A DNA stretch of 64,000 bases. Origin: Laetmonice hystrix (taxonomy: Eukaryota). The stretch spans positions 10,108,001 to 10,172,000 of the forward strand of contig OZ249436.1 of the NCBI GenBank assembly GCA_965235115.1. The letters are read 5' to 3'. Positions 26,029-39,464 of this stretch are shown here, piece by piece. The notes beneath the pieces were generated by a model that saw only the letters and a program-made list of their open reading frames with translations, did no database searches and was not told where the DNA came from. Position 1 is the first letter of the stretch. The number at the start of each line of letters is the position of its first letter. The translations under genes and the position numbers were made by a program.

Positions 26029-27499
26029 TTTGTAAACACTGCTGAAAGAAAGAACGAAAGATACAAAGAAGAACTCAGGCGTTCCAACTATTAATCCCTT
26101 CATGCTTCAGAGAAAAATGTCTCAAGCAAATCGCATGAAAATGATTCACATCTAGTTGATTTGTTCCTTTAATGGGTAAATTATTCCATGGATTTAAATT
26201 TGTATTACCTCCGTTTAATAATGAACAGGAGCATATAAGCAAATAAGAAACGCAAAGAAGCAATGAGAGAGTTTAATGCAGCATTCAAAGACCATGATGT
26301 ATAGAATATCTATTATTTTACAAAGACACACAAAAGATAAAGGAAACGGCTTTACGCATGAACATATTCAATGTACGTTACTCGTGTAGTGATGATTCTT
26401 TATAAGCTGGAAGTAACGCGGAAATAGCTTGTAGGATCTTCTAAAGCCAGTTGAATCTGAAACGTCTTTTTTGACACCCTGTAGAGATTATGCACTTTGT
26501 AATCCTAGAAACATGAGCATTCAAAGTAATCCCTGAAATCGCCACAACCATCTGCTCGGATAACTGGAATCCTATCAAGTCATTGTCTTGGACTGCGCAG
26601 ATTTTTTATTTTTTTTGGCGGGAAACGGCTTTTTCCTTCTGGGCCGGAGGGCGTGAACCCCAGCCGTGCCGATCGAAGCGGGACCTCTGGTACTAGCTCG
26701 TGTCAATACATTTAGGGGGTTAATCCACTTTTACCGGTTTATCGGCGTTTCCCTGGACCATCCATAATGGGGATTTTGTCGCTCGGCACAAATGGAGCCA
26801 TGCCGATCACGCACTACGTCTGACCACAGCCGAACATTGACCGTCTGCGTTATAATGGTGCCTCGGGTGTATAGGGTTGTCCGATGCATTTGTTGGTGGA
26901 AGTTCCCCCAGAGCGCGCCGATTTCTGAGGTCCTTGAAGTGTGCGGCCAGGCTGTGACCCGCATGTGCCGATCGACGTCTATTATTTCCCGCCGTGTATG
27001 GCCGTGGGGCCGGAGAACCCGCGAGTCGTACGGCACGGTCGGCTCACGTTTGATTGAAGTCAGAATGTTGGGTGAGAGACCACAACCCCAGGCACCGCGG
27101 TGACCCGCTTGTCGACTTGAGTGGAAATATTCCGCCATGCTCCCAAAGGCAATGGGTCCACTGGCCGTTGTGGTGGCTATGTATGCGGGTAACTGATGAA
27201 GAACAAGGCTTGTCGCCACCCAGGGTCAGTATGGAGGCGGGCCGGAATGTTCTACATATTGGCCCTGTCCCCCTCCGGGCCAGTGGTTCAGGGTCGGCCC
27301 AGTATCGGCTCAGTGCACTCAACTGATTTCTTAACACATATCTTTTTCGCTGAATCAGTCAGAAGCTGAAATTAGGCTGAGACCATCGACTACCAACCCC
27401 AAATTGTGAAAACTTTTAAATATTATATTATCCTTTGGTTGCTTTGCGATCGGTCCACCTTTTTAGTCTGGGGAGAAATGGGGAAAGAAGCCCCACCTA

Positions 27500-28020
27500 A
27501 TGATCCTAAATATATAAATCGTGACAGTATATATATAGGTTCTTCTTGAGATAGCCTCTATTGCAGCAAGTGTACAGCGGCTGGTGAGTACGGCTTCTTG
27601 TTGGCTGTTGGCTATCTTCTAGCGTGTCCCGTCCCGTTCTACATAAGCCTGCTCCCTACCCTTTATAGTCAACCACTCTCCTCCTTGCTTTTATAGTGAA
27701 CGACCTTTAGACCATGACGTCTGTTACTATTATTATACATTACATCAGCATCACGTGATAGGCCTTTTCCCGGAGTTATCCTCCAATCAGACACCAGTGG
27801 CCCTCTCGGGGGTTCCCCATTGTCTCTTGATTGGTTGGTGTTATAGTTATCCCAGCGTCATGTGATTTCCGGGGGTTTCCCCCACTGGCCTCTGATTGGC
27901 TCGCGCTGGAGTTTTCCAGCTTCCCGTGGTTCTCAGAGGGAGTCATGACGTGCTTTGAGAGATTACAGATGTACTCCCTACCGGATAACCCGTCCACTCC
28001 TAAAATTTATAGAATTATAT
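27500..28020 (-). mobile_element. Possible LTR-like or promoter-like fragment
   Basis: Two minus-strand TATAAA boxes (~27662, ~27690) and several CCAAT/TGACGT motifs; no ends or TSD resolved. Confidence 0.3.
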
Positions 28021-28429
28021 AATTGTTGCAGTAACTTATACTCTTATTCTAACCTGGTTATATATACAGATCATCAAAAATATGAGTATATAAAACATAT
28101 TGCACTGTGCATCTTTTGGCTACGATGACAAACCGCAAAACTGATACAATGGTGAGGTCAAGTCTTGGGTATTAAAAGGTCCACCCAGGGTATACACATG
28201 TACTCAGAATTAATTCGGGATTAGTCCAAAAACTTTACTAAAATTATACCCCAGGGTTGACTCAACCCAAGCAAACAGCCATCTTGTTGTCCCGAAGCAT
28301 TGGGGTAGGCCTAATCTAAACCTCTACAGGTTAACTCAAGAGTATATCAAGGACGAGGTTAAATCTTGGGTAAAACATTTTACTCAAAAAAGTAAGTCAG
28401 CAATGAAAATAACAGCTCTATCCCCAATT

Positions 28430-29156
28430 AAGGCGGATCCCGTGGAAACTGTCGCTTGCCCAAAGACGTCCCCAACTTCAAGCTTCAATATCTCATAAAC
28501 TATAGACCATAGCTTAATTAAATTGCTGTCACTATAACTCTGATATGTCATCGTTGGTATGTTAAAGCTTCAGCTCAATAGCTTTGGTATTTACTCCGTG
28601 GCACCAAAAACGCAATACCGGAATGTAGTGGCAGTCTCACGACGAGACCACCGCTTAGCCTGAAACATGAAAGTTTTGGATGTTGGCCTTCTACTTGATT
28701 GTCGTCATTGTGTGCCCAGACGATGATTACACCTTTCAGCAGGATGGCGCCACATCCCAGACCAGCAGAATCACACATCTCGCAGAAGTTTGTCCTGCAT
28801 GAGTTCTACAAGAAAGATGGCTGTGCTCCACAATCACTCGACTGCAATCCATTGGATTACCACATCTGGGATTCCCTCGCCGTGAAGATGTATTGTGGTG
28901 AGAGTAAATAAAAGTCACTGAACAGCAGTTAAAACCCCGTATTGCGCAGCGTTGGGATCTCCCTGTCAGAGATCAGAGCGTCTATTGGGTCATGGAAAAC
29001 GAGGCTGAGAGCAGTTTGCAGCCAAAACGGGGGAACGATTGACCACCTTCTCTAAGATACTCGAATTGCGCTCATGTGCTTCAGGCCGGCATTGCACTTT
29101 TTGACACCGTTTTTCGTTTTTGATGTATAGTTTTTGAGATATTGAAGCGTGAAGTC
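28430..29156 (+). mobile_element. Internally deleted Tc1/mariner element
   Basis: Inverted repeat acttcaagcttcaatatctcataaactata (~28475) / tatagtttttgagatattgaagcgtgaagt (~29126-29155) flanking a transposase fragment. Confidence 0.75.
28719..29055 (+). pseudogene. Tc1/mariner (DDxD, maT-like) transposase C-terminal fragment
   Basis: DYTFQQDGA, then frameshifted APQSLDCNPLDYHIWDSL (cf. PPxSPDLNPLDY), then SWKTRLRAVCSQNGGTIDHLL*. Confidence 0.85.
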
Positions 29157-32100
29157 TTAACAAGAACATTGATATTAATATTTCAGCATTATCCTAAAGC
29201 TTACTTTTATCATGCTAGAATAATATTAACTGTATTGAATCTGTCCCGGTAAAGAAAGGGTGAACTGCTCTGGCTCTAACGTGACAAGAAAACCTTGTAG
29301 TGCATCAAGGTAAACCAAGGGTAATCATGACTTTATCAACACGTGTCTTTACAAAACATATTAAGCGTGCATGTATGTGCATTCAAAGTGCGATTTTGAT
29401 TGTTGAGAGCGACTTAATTTGTATAACCAGCCAGTATGTAATTGGTTGTAGAGCAGCCAGGCATTCCCGGGCATGAGTCGGGTAGAACTTGATTTGGTCA
29501 TCGAAGGAAAATGTCACGTTCGGCTCGTTGATAGATCGTTCTTTCCGTCTCGATCGATGTACAATGGAGATGTATTGTGTAAGCACCAAAGACGGAACAC
29601 AAGAACAAGGCTGGTATCATTATTTCAGCGTATGGAATCATTTGAAACAGGATGTTACATACTGGAGGTTTTATGACGGACACAATGGTTGCTATTAGAT
29701 ACTGAAATGATAATGGTGTAGCTAACACTAGGCACCGTCCTCGAAGATTAAAACGGGACAGCGTAGAGACGCAGCGACAAACGTTCACTGTGATAATCAG
29801 TAATTTTTTGAATGGATATTAATAGAGCTAGATTCGCGAATATTCGGGATGAAACTTTCCAAGAGCTTGGGAAGTATTTTATCATTCAGTATGTAAATCA
29901 ATGCCGAGAAATTATTCAGCTTCGCCTAGCTTTCTTGAGCTCATTTAACTTGACTTTGACATTATCAGCAATCAAATGAGCAAACAAATGACACAAACAA
30001 AAAACATAACACACATCAAATGTGCTCTACTTATTTTATTATAGTACGGCTATAGTGAGGCTTCAATATGTATTTTTGCATAGCTATTTGAGGCTTAGTA
30101 AGGCTTCAATATCTATTTTTGCATAGCTATTTGGTTGGATGTAATAAGAAATTAAATTGAACTTAATTATCTTTAATTTTTAAATGTCGACAGATGGATA
30201 GACACTAAAATGAAAGGCAGGTATATAATTATGCAAACGCCATTGACAACAGACTAGCATATACTTCTCGACTATCTGAATTGGTTTTGGATAACGTATT
30301 TGATCTTCGGACACCATATTTAATCCTGGTAATAGATTCGAACACCTTATTTAATCCCGGTAATCGTTTTTGGACAGCATATTTGATCCTAGGTGTGTAA
30401 CTATGATCTCAACATCAGGGCCTCAAGGTAATCAAAACACAAATATTGAAAGGTTAGAAATAACATTAAGAAAGATTCTTTTTATCATAGCACACAACCT
30501 GTACAACTTTTGAGAACCTTCTTAACGAAAATAATATTTGAATATTATCAAATAAACCCCGATGAGCGAGGGCATGCAGCCTAAATAAACGTAGGAAGCT
30601 TAGAGGCTTTGCAAACATCTCTTTAAGAGCATAGTTAATGTATGGAAACCTGATCAATGCATTAGTGACATTGGCACATGAATATGTTATGTTCTAGGAG
30701 TAGGCCTATATAATACCAAGATTACGTATTGATGTTAACATGCAGTGCACAACTTCTATGAAACTGTACAGCTTATCTATTCAACTGCAGTAAAAGCTGC
30801 ACTGTCCTTTATCGAATATGAACAAATGCAAAAACCAAAAACATTGTAATGCTGTCGGTTTTAGTTACATTAAATTTAATATCAACCTATCTGTTGTTTT
30901 TAGAATTATCCAGTATAAAGACAAAGAGTACCTTGTCATCGCATGATATCACAGGTCAAACGTTGCAAAATGTGAAACGGTCAAATGAAATTCGTAGAGT
31001 TCTCCGATACTTTCTCAGCAAAAAGTTTAGAAAGCTTCTTGCTGGGGAGGTTGGGCTCAGTTAACATTCTCAATAATTCGGTAATTCTCTCTAGTCAAAC
31101 ACTCAACTTTACAGTCAGATCTCATTAATCAGTGGATCTTTACTACGTATTTCCCTTGAATTCTTTGCCTACATCTCCTGAATCTCTGAGTTCACAGCAG
31201 ACATAGTTTGCTGGTACCACGTGCCCTCTGATATGGGACTAATTACTCGGAGTACCCATCACATCAAACTGATTCTGTAGCGGGCTACAGTGGGCTTCCA
31301 TTTGGAGATTTGGTAGATTTTAGTAGAGAATAGTGCCGAAGGACACTCTGGGTTGTGTCAGGGGGGAAGCCAGCCCCACTGGGGCTTGCCCCAGAAAATT
31401 TCACACGTGCATACCATAGTGCTATGAAGTCTGAAAGAGGAATGGAAATAGGCCTATAGACTTGCTACATGTTTCCACCACGGACAAACGGATCTCAAGG
31501 TGGAATTTCTCTCTGTAATATTCTCTGACTGTCCGATCCTGCTTATGGAAATAGATTTCTATAGCAAACTGATACGGTCGGGGAGTTCTATACATATATT
31601 CGATCGAAAGTTATACTCCTGTTAAGTTGATATTCCAAGTATAACAAATCGTGACTGAGACAAACGGACTCCTGCGGCTATGGACAGATAGAGACCCGTC
31701 TTACTGCACAAACGTCGCTCTCCTCTCTGAAAGGAATTATCTTTCGAGACAGATAAACCCAGCGTGGCTGTAAAATGTCTTTCGCGATTCATATTTTTTC
31801 TGTGGCTTTTAGTAGATTTTGCCTCAACTTTGAGGTCGGATTTCAGTAAAGCATAGCTCCCCTGAAGTGGCCGTTTGGTGCGGGGTTCGGCTGATAGCTG
31901 ATATATTATCTACGTGATTGCACAGCCTGACAGGCAGATTCCAAGGTCGATGGGCTTCTGATAGCAACAGCCAGACACCACTGAGCTCTTAAAGCCCACC
32001 TCCCTCCTCGCCCTCCTGGGTGGAGGGAGGAACGGGTCAGTTACAGAAGCCGACAGGTAAGTAACAGTATCAGCGCTCCGATAAGGCGGGCAAGGGCGGT

Positions 32101-32499
32101 GTGACGTGTATGGGCGGTAGACAAGGCCGTCGGCCCTATCACAGCCCAGGCTGTCAATTGAGGGACCGACGTTAGTGTCGGATTCGATCAAACATGATTA
32201 CGACTTCATTGGCGCTGCGGCACCTTTGTATGGGGAAACTTTGTGTTGACATCGCGCGGCTCCGTGCCTCAGTAAATGAAGAGCTGAAGGCCAACTTACG
32301 TTGGTAAACGCTGACCGTAAACCGATTCACAGATCGTTTACAAATACTTAAGGATGTTCTAATGCCTGAAGACGCTACGTTTGTGGACAAGTCGAACGTT
32401 TATTTACATACAGAAGGGCATTAAGGTGACTGAGTGAGGTAATGGGAGGTGTTACGTCTTGTCGGCAGTCTATTCATGGTGGTATGAACCATTTAATTC

Positions 32500-32640
32500 C
32501 TGCCATAAAAGAAACCTACCACCGGGAGGTAATTCCCTACTCTTTTCTAAAATGGCAAGGGCTCTTATTATGTCCAGTCGCACAGACACGGCTGGACATA
32601 CCAAAGTATTTGATGACCCAGTTGCGGAACACTGGGGATT
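32500..32640 (-). mobile_element. SINE core fragment, same family as 16210-16470
   Basis: ccaccgggaggtaattccctactcttttctaaaatggcaagggctctt..acagacacgg is the reverse complement of ~16328-16403. Confidence 0.65.
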
Positions 32641-35174
32641 ATGAAAAAGATACCTTGTTTCGTGTAATAAAAAAAGGTGGACGAATGTATGAGTAATGTT
32701 TAGGAGGCAGGTGAAAAGGTGCCTGTTGAGTAATTACAAGTAATTACATATAACTTGAAGATTGAAGCCTGAGCGGAATCCACTGCTACATGCTGCACCA
32801 TTCAGTATACAGTTAGACAAGTCAACCCTCTCGGACAGTTCTCCCTGGCGCCTAGGGAGCTGACCGCAAGAACAGTCTACGTTACAATGACAGAAGTAGT
32901 GGCAGGTTGACTACTCTTTATGCAGGCAGAACTCGGACACCTTATTGTTGTTGAATGGGTGACACATATTTATTAACATTAAAACAACAGGATGTAAATA
33001 TTCAGAAAGTGAGCCCACGCTGCACTGACTGACAATGATATAGAAGATAAGATTGAAATGTGTCACCACCCAGGGTGAGCCCTCACTGCACCATCCGGGT
33101 TAAGAAGAGAATGTAAAAATTAAATATGATTCAAAAAGAAGAAGATATATGTTATGTAAGGATAATAATAAATATTGTGACGATAGTTTCTCCTGGACAG
33201 TGAGCCCACACTGCACTGCCTGGAAGGGTTGTTATAAGTTTGAGGAGACTGGGTGTAATAATGAACAAAGTTGTTGTAAGTGGTATAGATTCTGAATTAT
33301 GTGTCTGTCAAAAAGGGGTAGTAGGTGGCGACAGTGCCACGAAGAACTGGAATATGGTAGGAGGAAGATGGGGAGGCGGCGGGATTGAAAAATTCGTGGA
33401 TGTCCGACTGAAGACGTAATGGCGACGAGACGCATGTGGGAAGATGACCTTGACCCCCAACTGTACATGACGTCACGTGGACCCCTGGCGGAGGCAGAGG
33501 AAATTTGAGTTATCCGGAGAAGTGGCGCCCCTTGCGGCTTAGATAGGAATTGCCGAGTTCTCCTGCATAAAACTCGTCGAGCCTGCGGCTCCAACGTTCC
33601 TTTATGCAGGCAGAACTCGGACACCTTATTGTTGTTGAATGGGTGACACATATTTATTAACATTAAAACAACAGGATGTAAATATTCAGAAAGTGAGCCC
33701 ACGCTGCACTGACTGACAATGATATAGAAGATAAGATTGAAATGTGTCACCACCCAGGGTGAGCCCTCACTGCACCATCCGGGTTAAGAAGAGAATGTAA
33801 AAATTAAATATGATTCAAAAAGAAGAAGATATATGTTATGTAAGGATAATAATAAATATTGTGACGATAGTTTCTCCTGGACAGTGAGCCCACACTGCAC
33901 TGCCTGGAAGGGTTGTTATAAGTTTGAGGAGACTGGGTGTAATAATGAACAAAGTTGTTGTAAGTGGTATAGATTCTGAATTATGTGTCTGTCAAAAAGG
34001 GGTAGTAGGTGGCGACAGTGCCACCAACCTGCCAGTTGGCAGGTGGAGCCACCAAAAGAAAAAAGGAAACTGACGACTCGACACACTGGCAAGATGAGTC
34101 AAATTGACATGTTTTCTGGGCTTAAGAGGACCCGAGCTGATCCTCATCGAATGTCACACCAAATCCAAAGGTTGACGATTGAAGGTGCCGAATCCAGTCC
34201 GCAGAAAGAATGATACCTCTCACATACAGTGAAACAGATATCGGTGTAATGAGCAAATCTTAAAAAAGGAGGGAAAGCCCTCGTCCACTCCCATCCGGTC
34301 GAGGTTTCCAGGATCCCGATGAGGGTTCAATATAATTAAAGTGTAAACCACCAGTGGTTTAAATGACTTTAACTGTGAGGAGCGGGCTCCACGGAGAGCC
34401 TGTGTGTTAAAAATCCCTGTGGAATGGCTGCCAAAATGAAACATCGGAAGCGTCGAAACCAGTTGAGAGTTGACTTGATTTCTTGTTGAGATGAAGCACT
34501 GAATCCAAACCATCGTCTCCCGATGACTTGTCCCACTCAATCAAAATTAACAGGATAAAGGATTAACCGTACGTAATCATAACAAGGATTGAGGATGATG
34601 GTTAAGATTAAAGTAAATGATAAACATTGTACCATGAACCGTAAGAAGACCTGGTCAGTAAAGTATGACTTGTAAGTCATTCTCAAGAAGGTGAGGTTGA
34701 AACTCAGCTGTAGGAATTCGACGGAAGATACCAATAAATAAATCAGGGAGACAAACATTCAGATGAACTTCCCAACTACAGTCAATGCACGGACACATAC
34801 TAAACAACCCACTCGCTAGATAAAGGAAAATACACCAAACGATGGCGAGAACCATCGGCGAGACGGGTAGTCACTGCCAACACTTGCCAAGTGAATGATA
34901 AATCGCACCAAAAGGTGCAACGTCCCAACCACACGGAGCAAGGCACGGCAGATAAATAAAGTACCACTCGCTAAGAAAAAGAAAGTGGACCAAACATTGG
35001 CACAAATTCAATCACATGGGGCGAGACGGTACAGTGCAACTTTGCTAAGTGAATGAGAAATCGCACCCAAAAGCGAACGTCCCACCACAGGGGCAAAGCA
35101 CGCACACCTAACAGTGCAACACTTGCTAAGTGAACTAGACCCGTTGCGGTGATAACCACAATGGATCCCATCCC

Positions 35175-36182
35175 CTGGGGGGTCCTGTCTACCATGTTCT
35201 GATTTAGTAGAGAGAGCTACGGCTATTCAAAATGATGGTGTCAAATGAAAGAGCATATATATATTGCTTCCTGTTAGTGTTAGTGTTTAATAGTAGGTAT
35301 AGCTCTAACTTCAACCATTTACAAGTTATAGCCCTAAGAAAAAATAAGAAAATATGGGTGATGTCATTATGACCCGATAGGTCACGTGACCTGAAAAATA
35401 ATGGTGCCAAATGAAAGAGTGCATATGACTTCCTATTAGTCTTTACTAGTAACTATGGCTCTAACTTCAACCATTTTGCAAGGTATAGCCCTAATAAATT
35501 ATGGATGACATTGTTATGACGTCATAGGTCACGTGACCTAAAAAATAATGGTAACAAATGAAAGAGCATATATGACTTCCTATTAGAGTTTAATAGTAAC
35601 TATGACTCTAACTTCAACCATTTGCAAGTTATAGGTATGAGAAAATATTGATGACATCGTTATGACGTCATAGGTCACCTGGGGGGTCCTGTCTACCATG
35701 TTCTGATTTAGTAGAGAGAGCTACGGCTATTCAAAATGATGGTGTCAAATGAAAGAGCATATATATATTGCTTCCTGTTAGTGTTAGTGTTTAATAGTAG
35801 GTATAGCTCTAACTTCAACCATTTACAAGTTATAGCCCTAAGAAAAAATAAGAAAATATGGGTGATGTCATTATGACCCGATAGGTCACGTGACCTGAAA
35901 AATAATGGTGCCAAATGAAAGAGTGCATATGACTTCCTATTAGTCTTTACTAGTAACTATGGCTCTAACTTCAACCATTTTGCAAGGTATAGCCCTAATA
36001 AATTATGGATGACATTGTTATGACGTCATAGGTCACGTGACCTAAAAAATAATGGTAACAAATGAAAGAGCATATATGACTTCCTATTAGAGTTTAATAG
36101 TAACTATGACTCTAACTTCAACCATTTGCAAGTTATAGGTATGAGAAAATATTGATGACATCGTTATGACGTCATAGGTCAC
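35175..36182. repeat. 504-bp tandem duplication
   Basis: ctggggggtcctgtctaccatg recurs at +504; identical track ORFs 35204..35410 and 35708..35914. Confidence 0.95.
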
Positions 36183-37376
36183 GTGACCTGAAAAGCAATG
36201 GTGCCAAGTGAAGAACATGACTTCCTAGGTGTCTTCAATAGTAACTCTGACTCTTAACTTCAACCATTTACAAGTGATAGCCATGAGAAAATATGGATGA
36301 CATCTTTATGACGTCATAAGTCACGTGACCTGAAAAATAATGGTGCAAAATGAAAGAGCATATATGACTTCCTATTCGTGTTCAATAGTAAGTATGGCTC
36401 TAACTTCAACCATTTACAAGTTATACCCCTGAGAAAATATGGATGACATCGTTATGACGTCATAGGTCACGTGACCTGAAAAATAATGGTGTCAAATGAA
36501 AGAGCATATATGACTTCCTATTCGTGTTCAATAGTAACTATGACCCTATCTGGCACCGTTTACAAGTTATAGCCCTGAGAAAATATGGATGATATCGTTA
36601 TGACGTCATAGGTCACGTGACCTAAAAAATAATGGTGTCAAATGAAAGAGCATATATGACTTCCTATTCGTGTTCAATAGTAACTATGACCCTATCTGGC
36701 ACCGTTAACAAGTTATAGCCCTGAGAAAATATGGATGACATCATTATGACGTCATAGGTCACGTGACCTGAAAAATAATGGTCCCAAATGAAAGAGCATA
36801 TATGACTTCCTATTCGTGTTCAATAGTAACTATGGCCCTAACTGGCATTGTTCAGAAGATATAGCTATAGATAGCTAAACTGGCCACTGTTGAAAACTTC
36901 AGGGTCACGTGATTCATCGAATATAGGTCAAATCGCTTATCTTTGGATGATTCTATTAAAACCCTTGTTAGAGAGTGTTCCTGTCCAATATTATCAAATT
37001 TTACCAAAAAATTAAGAAGAAGAAGGGATTTAACCGATTTGTGACCTAGGACCCAGTTCTCCCTAAGGTCAAAGGTCAAAGGTCAAATGAAGGGTCAGTT
37101 TTAGGCTAGACCCTTGCCTGATCATAACGCCATGATATATCTTGGAAATACCAAATATGTACTTTGAAAATGGCCCTCAATATCCCACACACGTTTGACG
37201 TCATGACGTCATGACGTGACGTCACGTGACGTCATGACTGATTGTGTGACCTGACTTTGTCATGGTCAAGATCTCTGCCAAGTTTGATTGAGATATCTTG
37301 AAAAATGACTGAGATAGAGGTACTGTTTACAACTACAACTACAACTACTACTACTACTACTACTACAACGCAAAAA

Positions 37377-38461
37377 ACTAGACACGTTGTGGTGATACCA
37401 CAATGGATCCCATCCCCTGGGTGTCCCGTCTGATATGTTCATAGTATAGTTAACTATCATGTATGACTTCCGATTCGTATTAGATAGAAACTGGGGCTGT
37501 ATCTTGCATGGCTCACGGCTCATACACCTTAGAAGATTCCAATGATGTCATGATGACGTCATAGGTCACGTGACCTGAAAAATGATGGTATCAAATGAAA
37601 GAGCATATTATGACTTCCTATTAGTGTTCAATAGTAACTATGGCTCTATCTCCAACCATTTACAAGTGATAGCCCTGAGAAAGTATGGTTGACATCATTA
37701 TGACGTCATAGGTCACGTGACCTGAAAAATAATGGTGTCAAGTGAAAGAGCATATATGACTTCCTATTAGTGTTTAATAGTAACTATGGCTCTAACTTCA
37801 ACCATTTACAAGTTATAGTTGGAGAAAATATTGATGACATCGTTATGACGTCATATGTCACGTGACCTGAAAAATATTGGTGTCAAATGAAAGAGCATAT
37901 ATGACTTCCTATTCGTGTTCAATAGTAACCATGACCCTATATGGCACCGTTTACGAGTTATCGCCGTAGATACCTAAACTGTTCAAAACTTTATGGTCAC
38001 GTGATTCAGCGAAAATAGGTCAAATCGCTTATCCGTGGAAATTTCTGGTGAAGCTCTTGTTAGAGAGTCTTTCTGTGCAATATTGTCAAATTTGACCAAA
38101 AAATGAAGAAGGAGAAGCGATTTAACCGATTTGTGACTTAGGACCCAATTCTCCCTAAGGTCAAAGGTCAAAGGCCAAATAAAGGGTCACGTTTAGGCAA
38201 GACCCTTGCCTGATTATAATGACGTGATAGGGTTTTGAAATACCCAATGTGAACTTTAAAAATGGCCCCAATGTCCAAAATACGTTTGACCTCATGACGT
38301 CATGACGTGACGTCATGACGTGACGTCATGACGTGACGTCATGAATGATTATCTGAGCTGACTTTATCATGGTCAAGATGTGTGCCAAGTTTGATCGAGA
38401 TATCTTGAAAAATGACTGAGATAGAGGTACTGTTTACTCCTACTACTACTACTACGCAAAA

Positions 38462-38498
<37 letters not shown>

Positions 38499-38553
38499 GG
38501 GAAGACGAAACCACACAATTTCTAGATCCCATCCCCTGGATAGGGGATGGGAT
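37377..38553 (+). mobile_element. Second copy of the same Helentron/HINE-like family nested in the 3' tail of the first
   Basis: New actagacac..gatcccatcccctgg start at 37377; two consecutive 3' hairpin tails ending at ~38553 and ~38619. Confidence 0.75.
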
Positions 38554-38759
38554 AATAATAATAGGGAAGACGAAACCACACAATTTCTAGATCCCATCCC
38601 CTGGATAGGGGATGGGATAATGAGAAACCGCACCCAAAGGTGCAACGTCCCCACCACATGGTGCAAGGCACGCACACCGAATAACGTGCAACCTTAAATA
38701 AGTGAATCTGAGGAAATATAAGTAATGAATAATGACCTTCATAAAAGTAGTAGTAATTT

Positions 38760-39409
38760 TAGGTATAGTAATAATGGATAATAACGATAGAAATATAATT
38801 GTCCAAGGATTGAAATATATGATGAGTCAAAATATAAAACTGTGGTTCCGAAAGAACAATACATATCATGATACCCACGAATAGAGAAGTAAAGATATAA
38901 GAAACTAATAATGATGACACGATCCCGTGATCCAATCACTAAAGCAGTATCTTACATGAGTTGATACGACATAAAACCTGTGAACCCACCAGGACCATAA
39001 TACATTATAATGGGTAAATATAGATAAGTAAATATATTATAATAATCAATAATGACGATAGAAATTCAATTGTCCAAGCAGTACCAGTGAACCAATAACC
39101 TATAACCTAACCAATAACCTATCATTATGTCCCAGTACGAGGAATTAACGATAATAATAATAATAATAATAATAATAACCACTAACCAGTCTCTCAGGTG
39201 ACCAAATGATTCCACTTAGAAAACTGGGAACCCATCAAGACCATAACACATTATGATGGGTAAATATAGATAAGTAGATATATTATAATAATCAATAATA
39301 TTTAACGATAGAAATTGACTTGTCCAAGGAGTACAGTGAACCAATAACCTATAATCTAACCAACAACCTATCCTGATGTCCCAGTATTGGGAAGTAAAGA
39401 TAGAATAAT

Positions 39410-39464
<55 letters not shown>

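Larger units (their letters stand above)
35134..38619 (+). mobile_element. Helentron/HINE-like element (outer copy) with 146-bp internal tandem repeats
   Basis: Starts actagac..gatcccatcccctgg; ends tctagatcccatcccct-gga-taggggatgggat hairpin; interrupts an aagtga^atgagaaa repeat unit at AA with no TSD (uninterrupted unit at ~35047). Confidence 0.75.

Noticed and set aside
27185..27225. Possible hammerhead ribozyme core (ctgatgaagaacaaggcttgtcg)
   Set aside because: CTGATGA and a weak stem are present but the required GAAA is missing
26731..27337. GC-rich block with 90-162-aa ORFs
   Set aside because: No recognisable motif in any frame; BLASTX would be needed
32916..34024. 425-bp direct repeats read as a TRIM or two-LTR element
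   Set aside because: No TG..CA ends or PBS; the intervening sequence recurs at 42234-42453, fitting split direct repeats better
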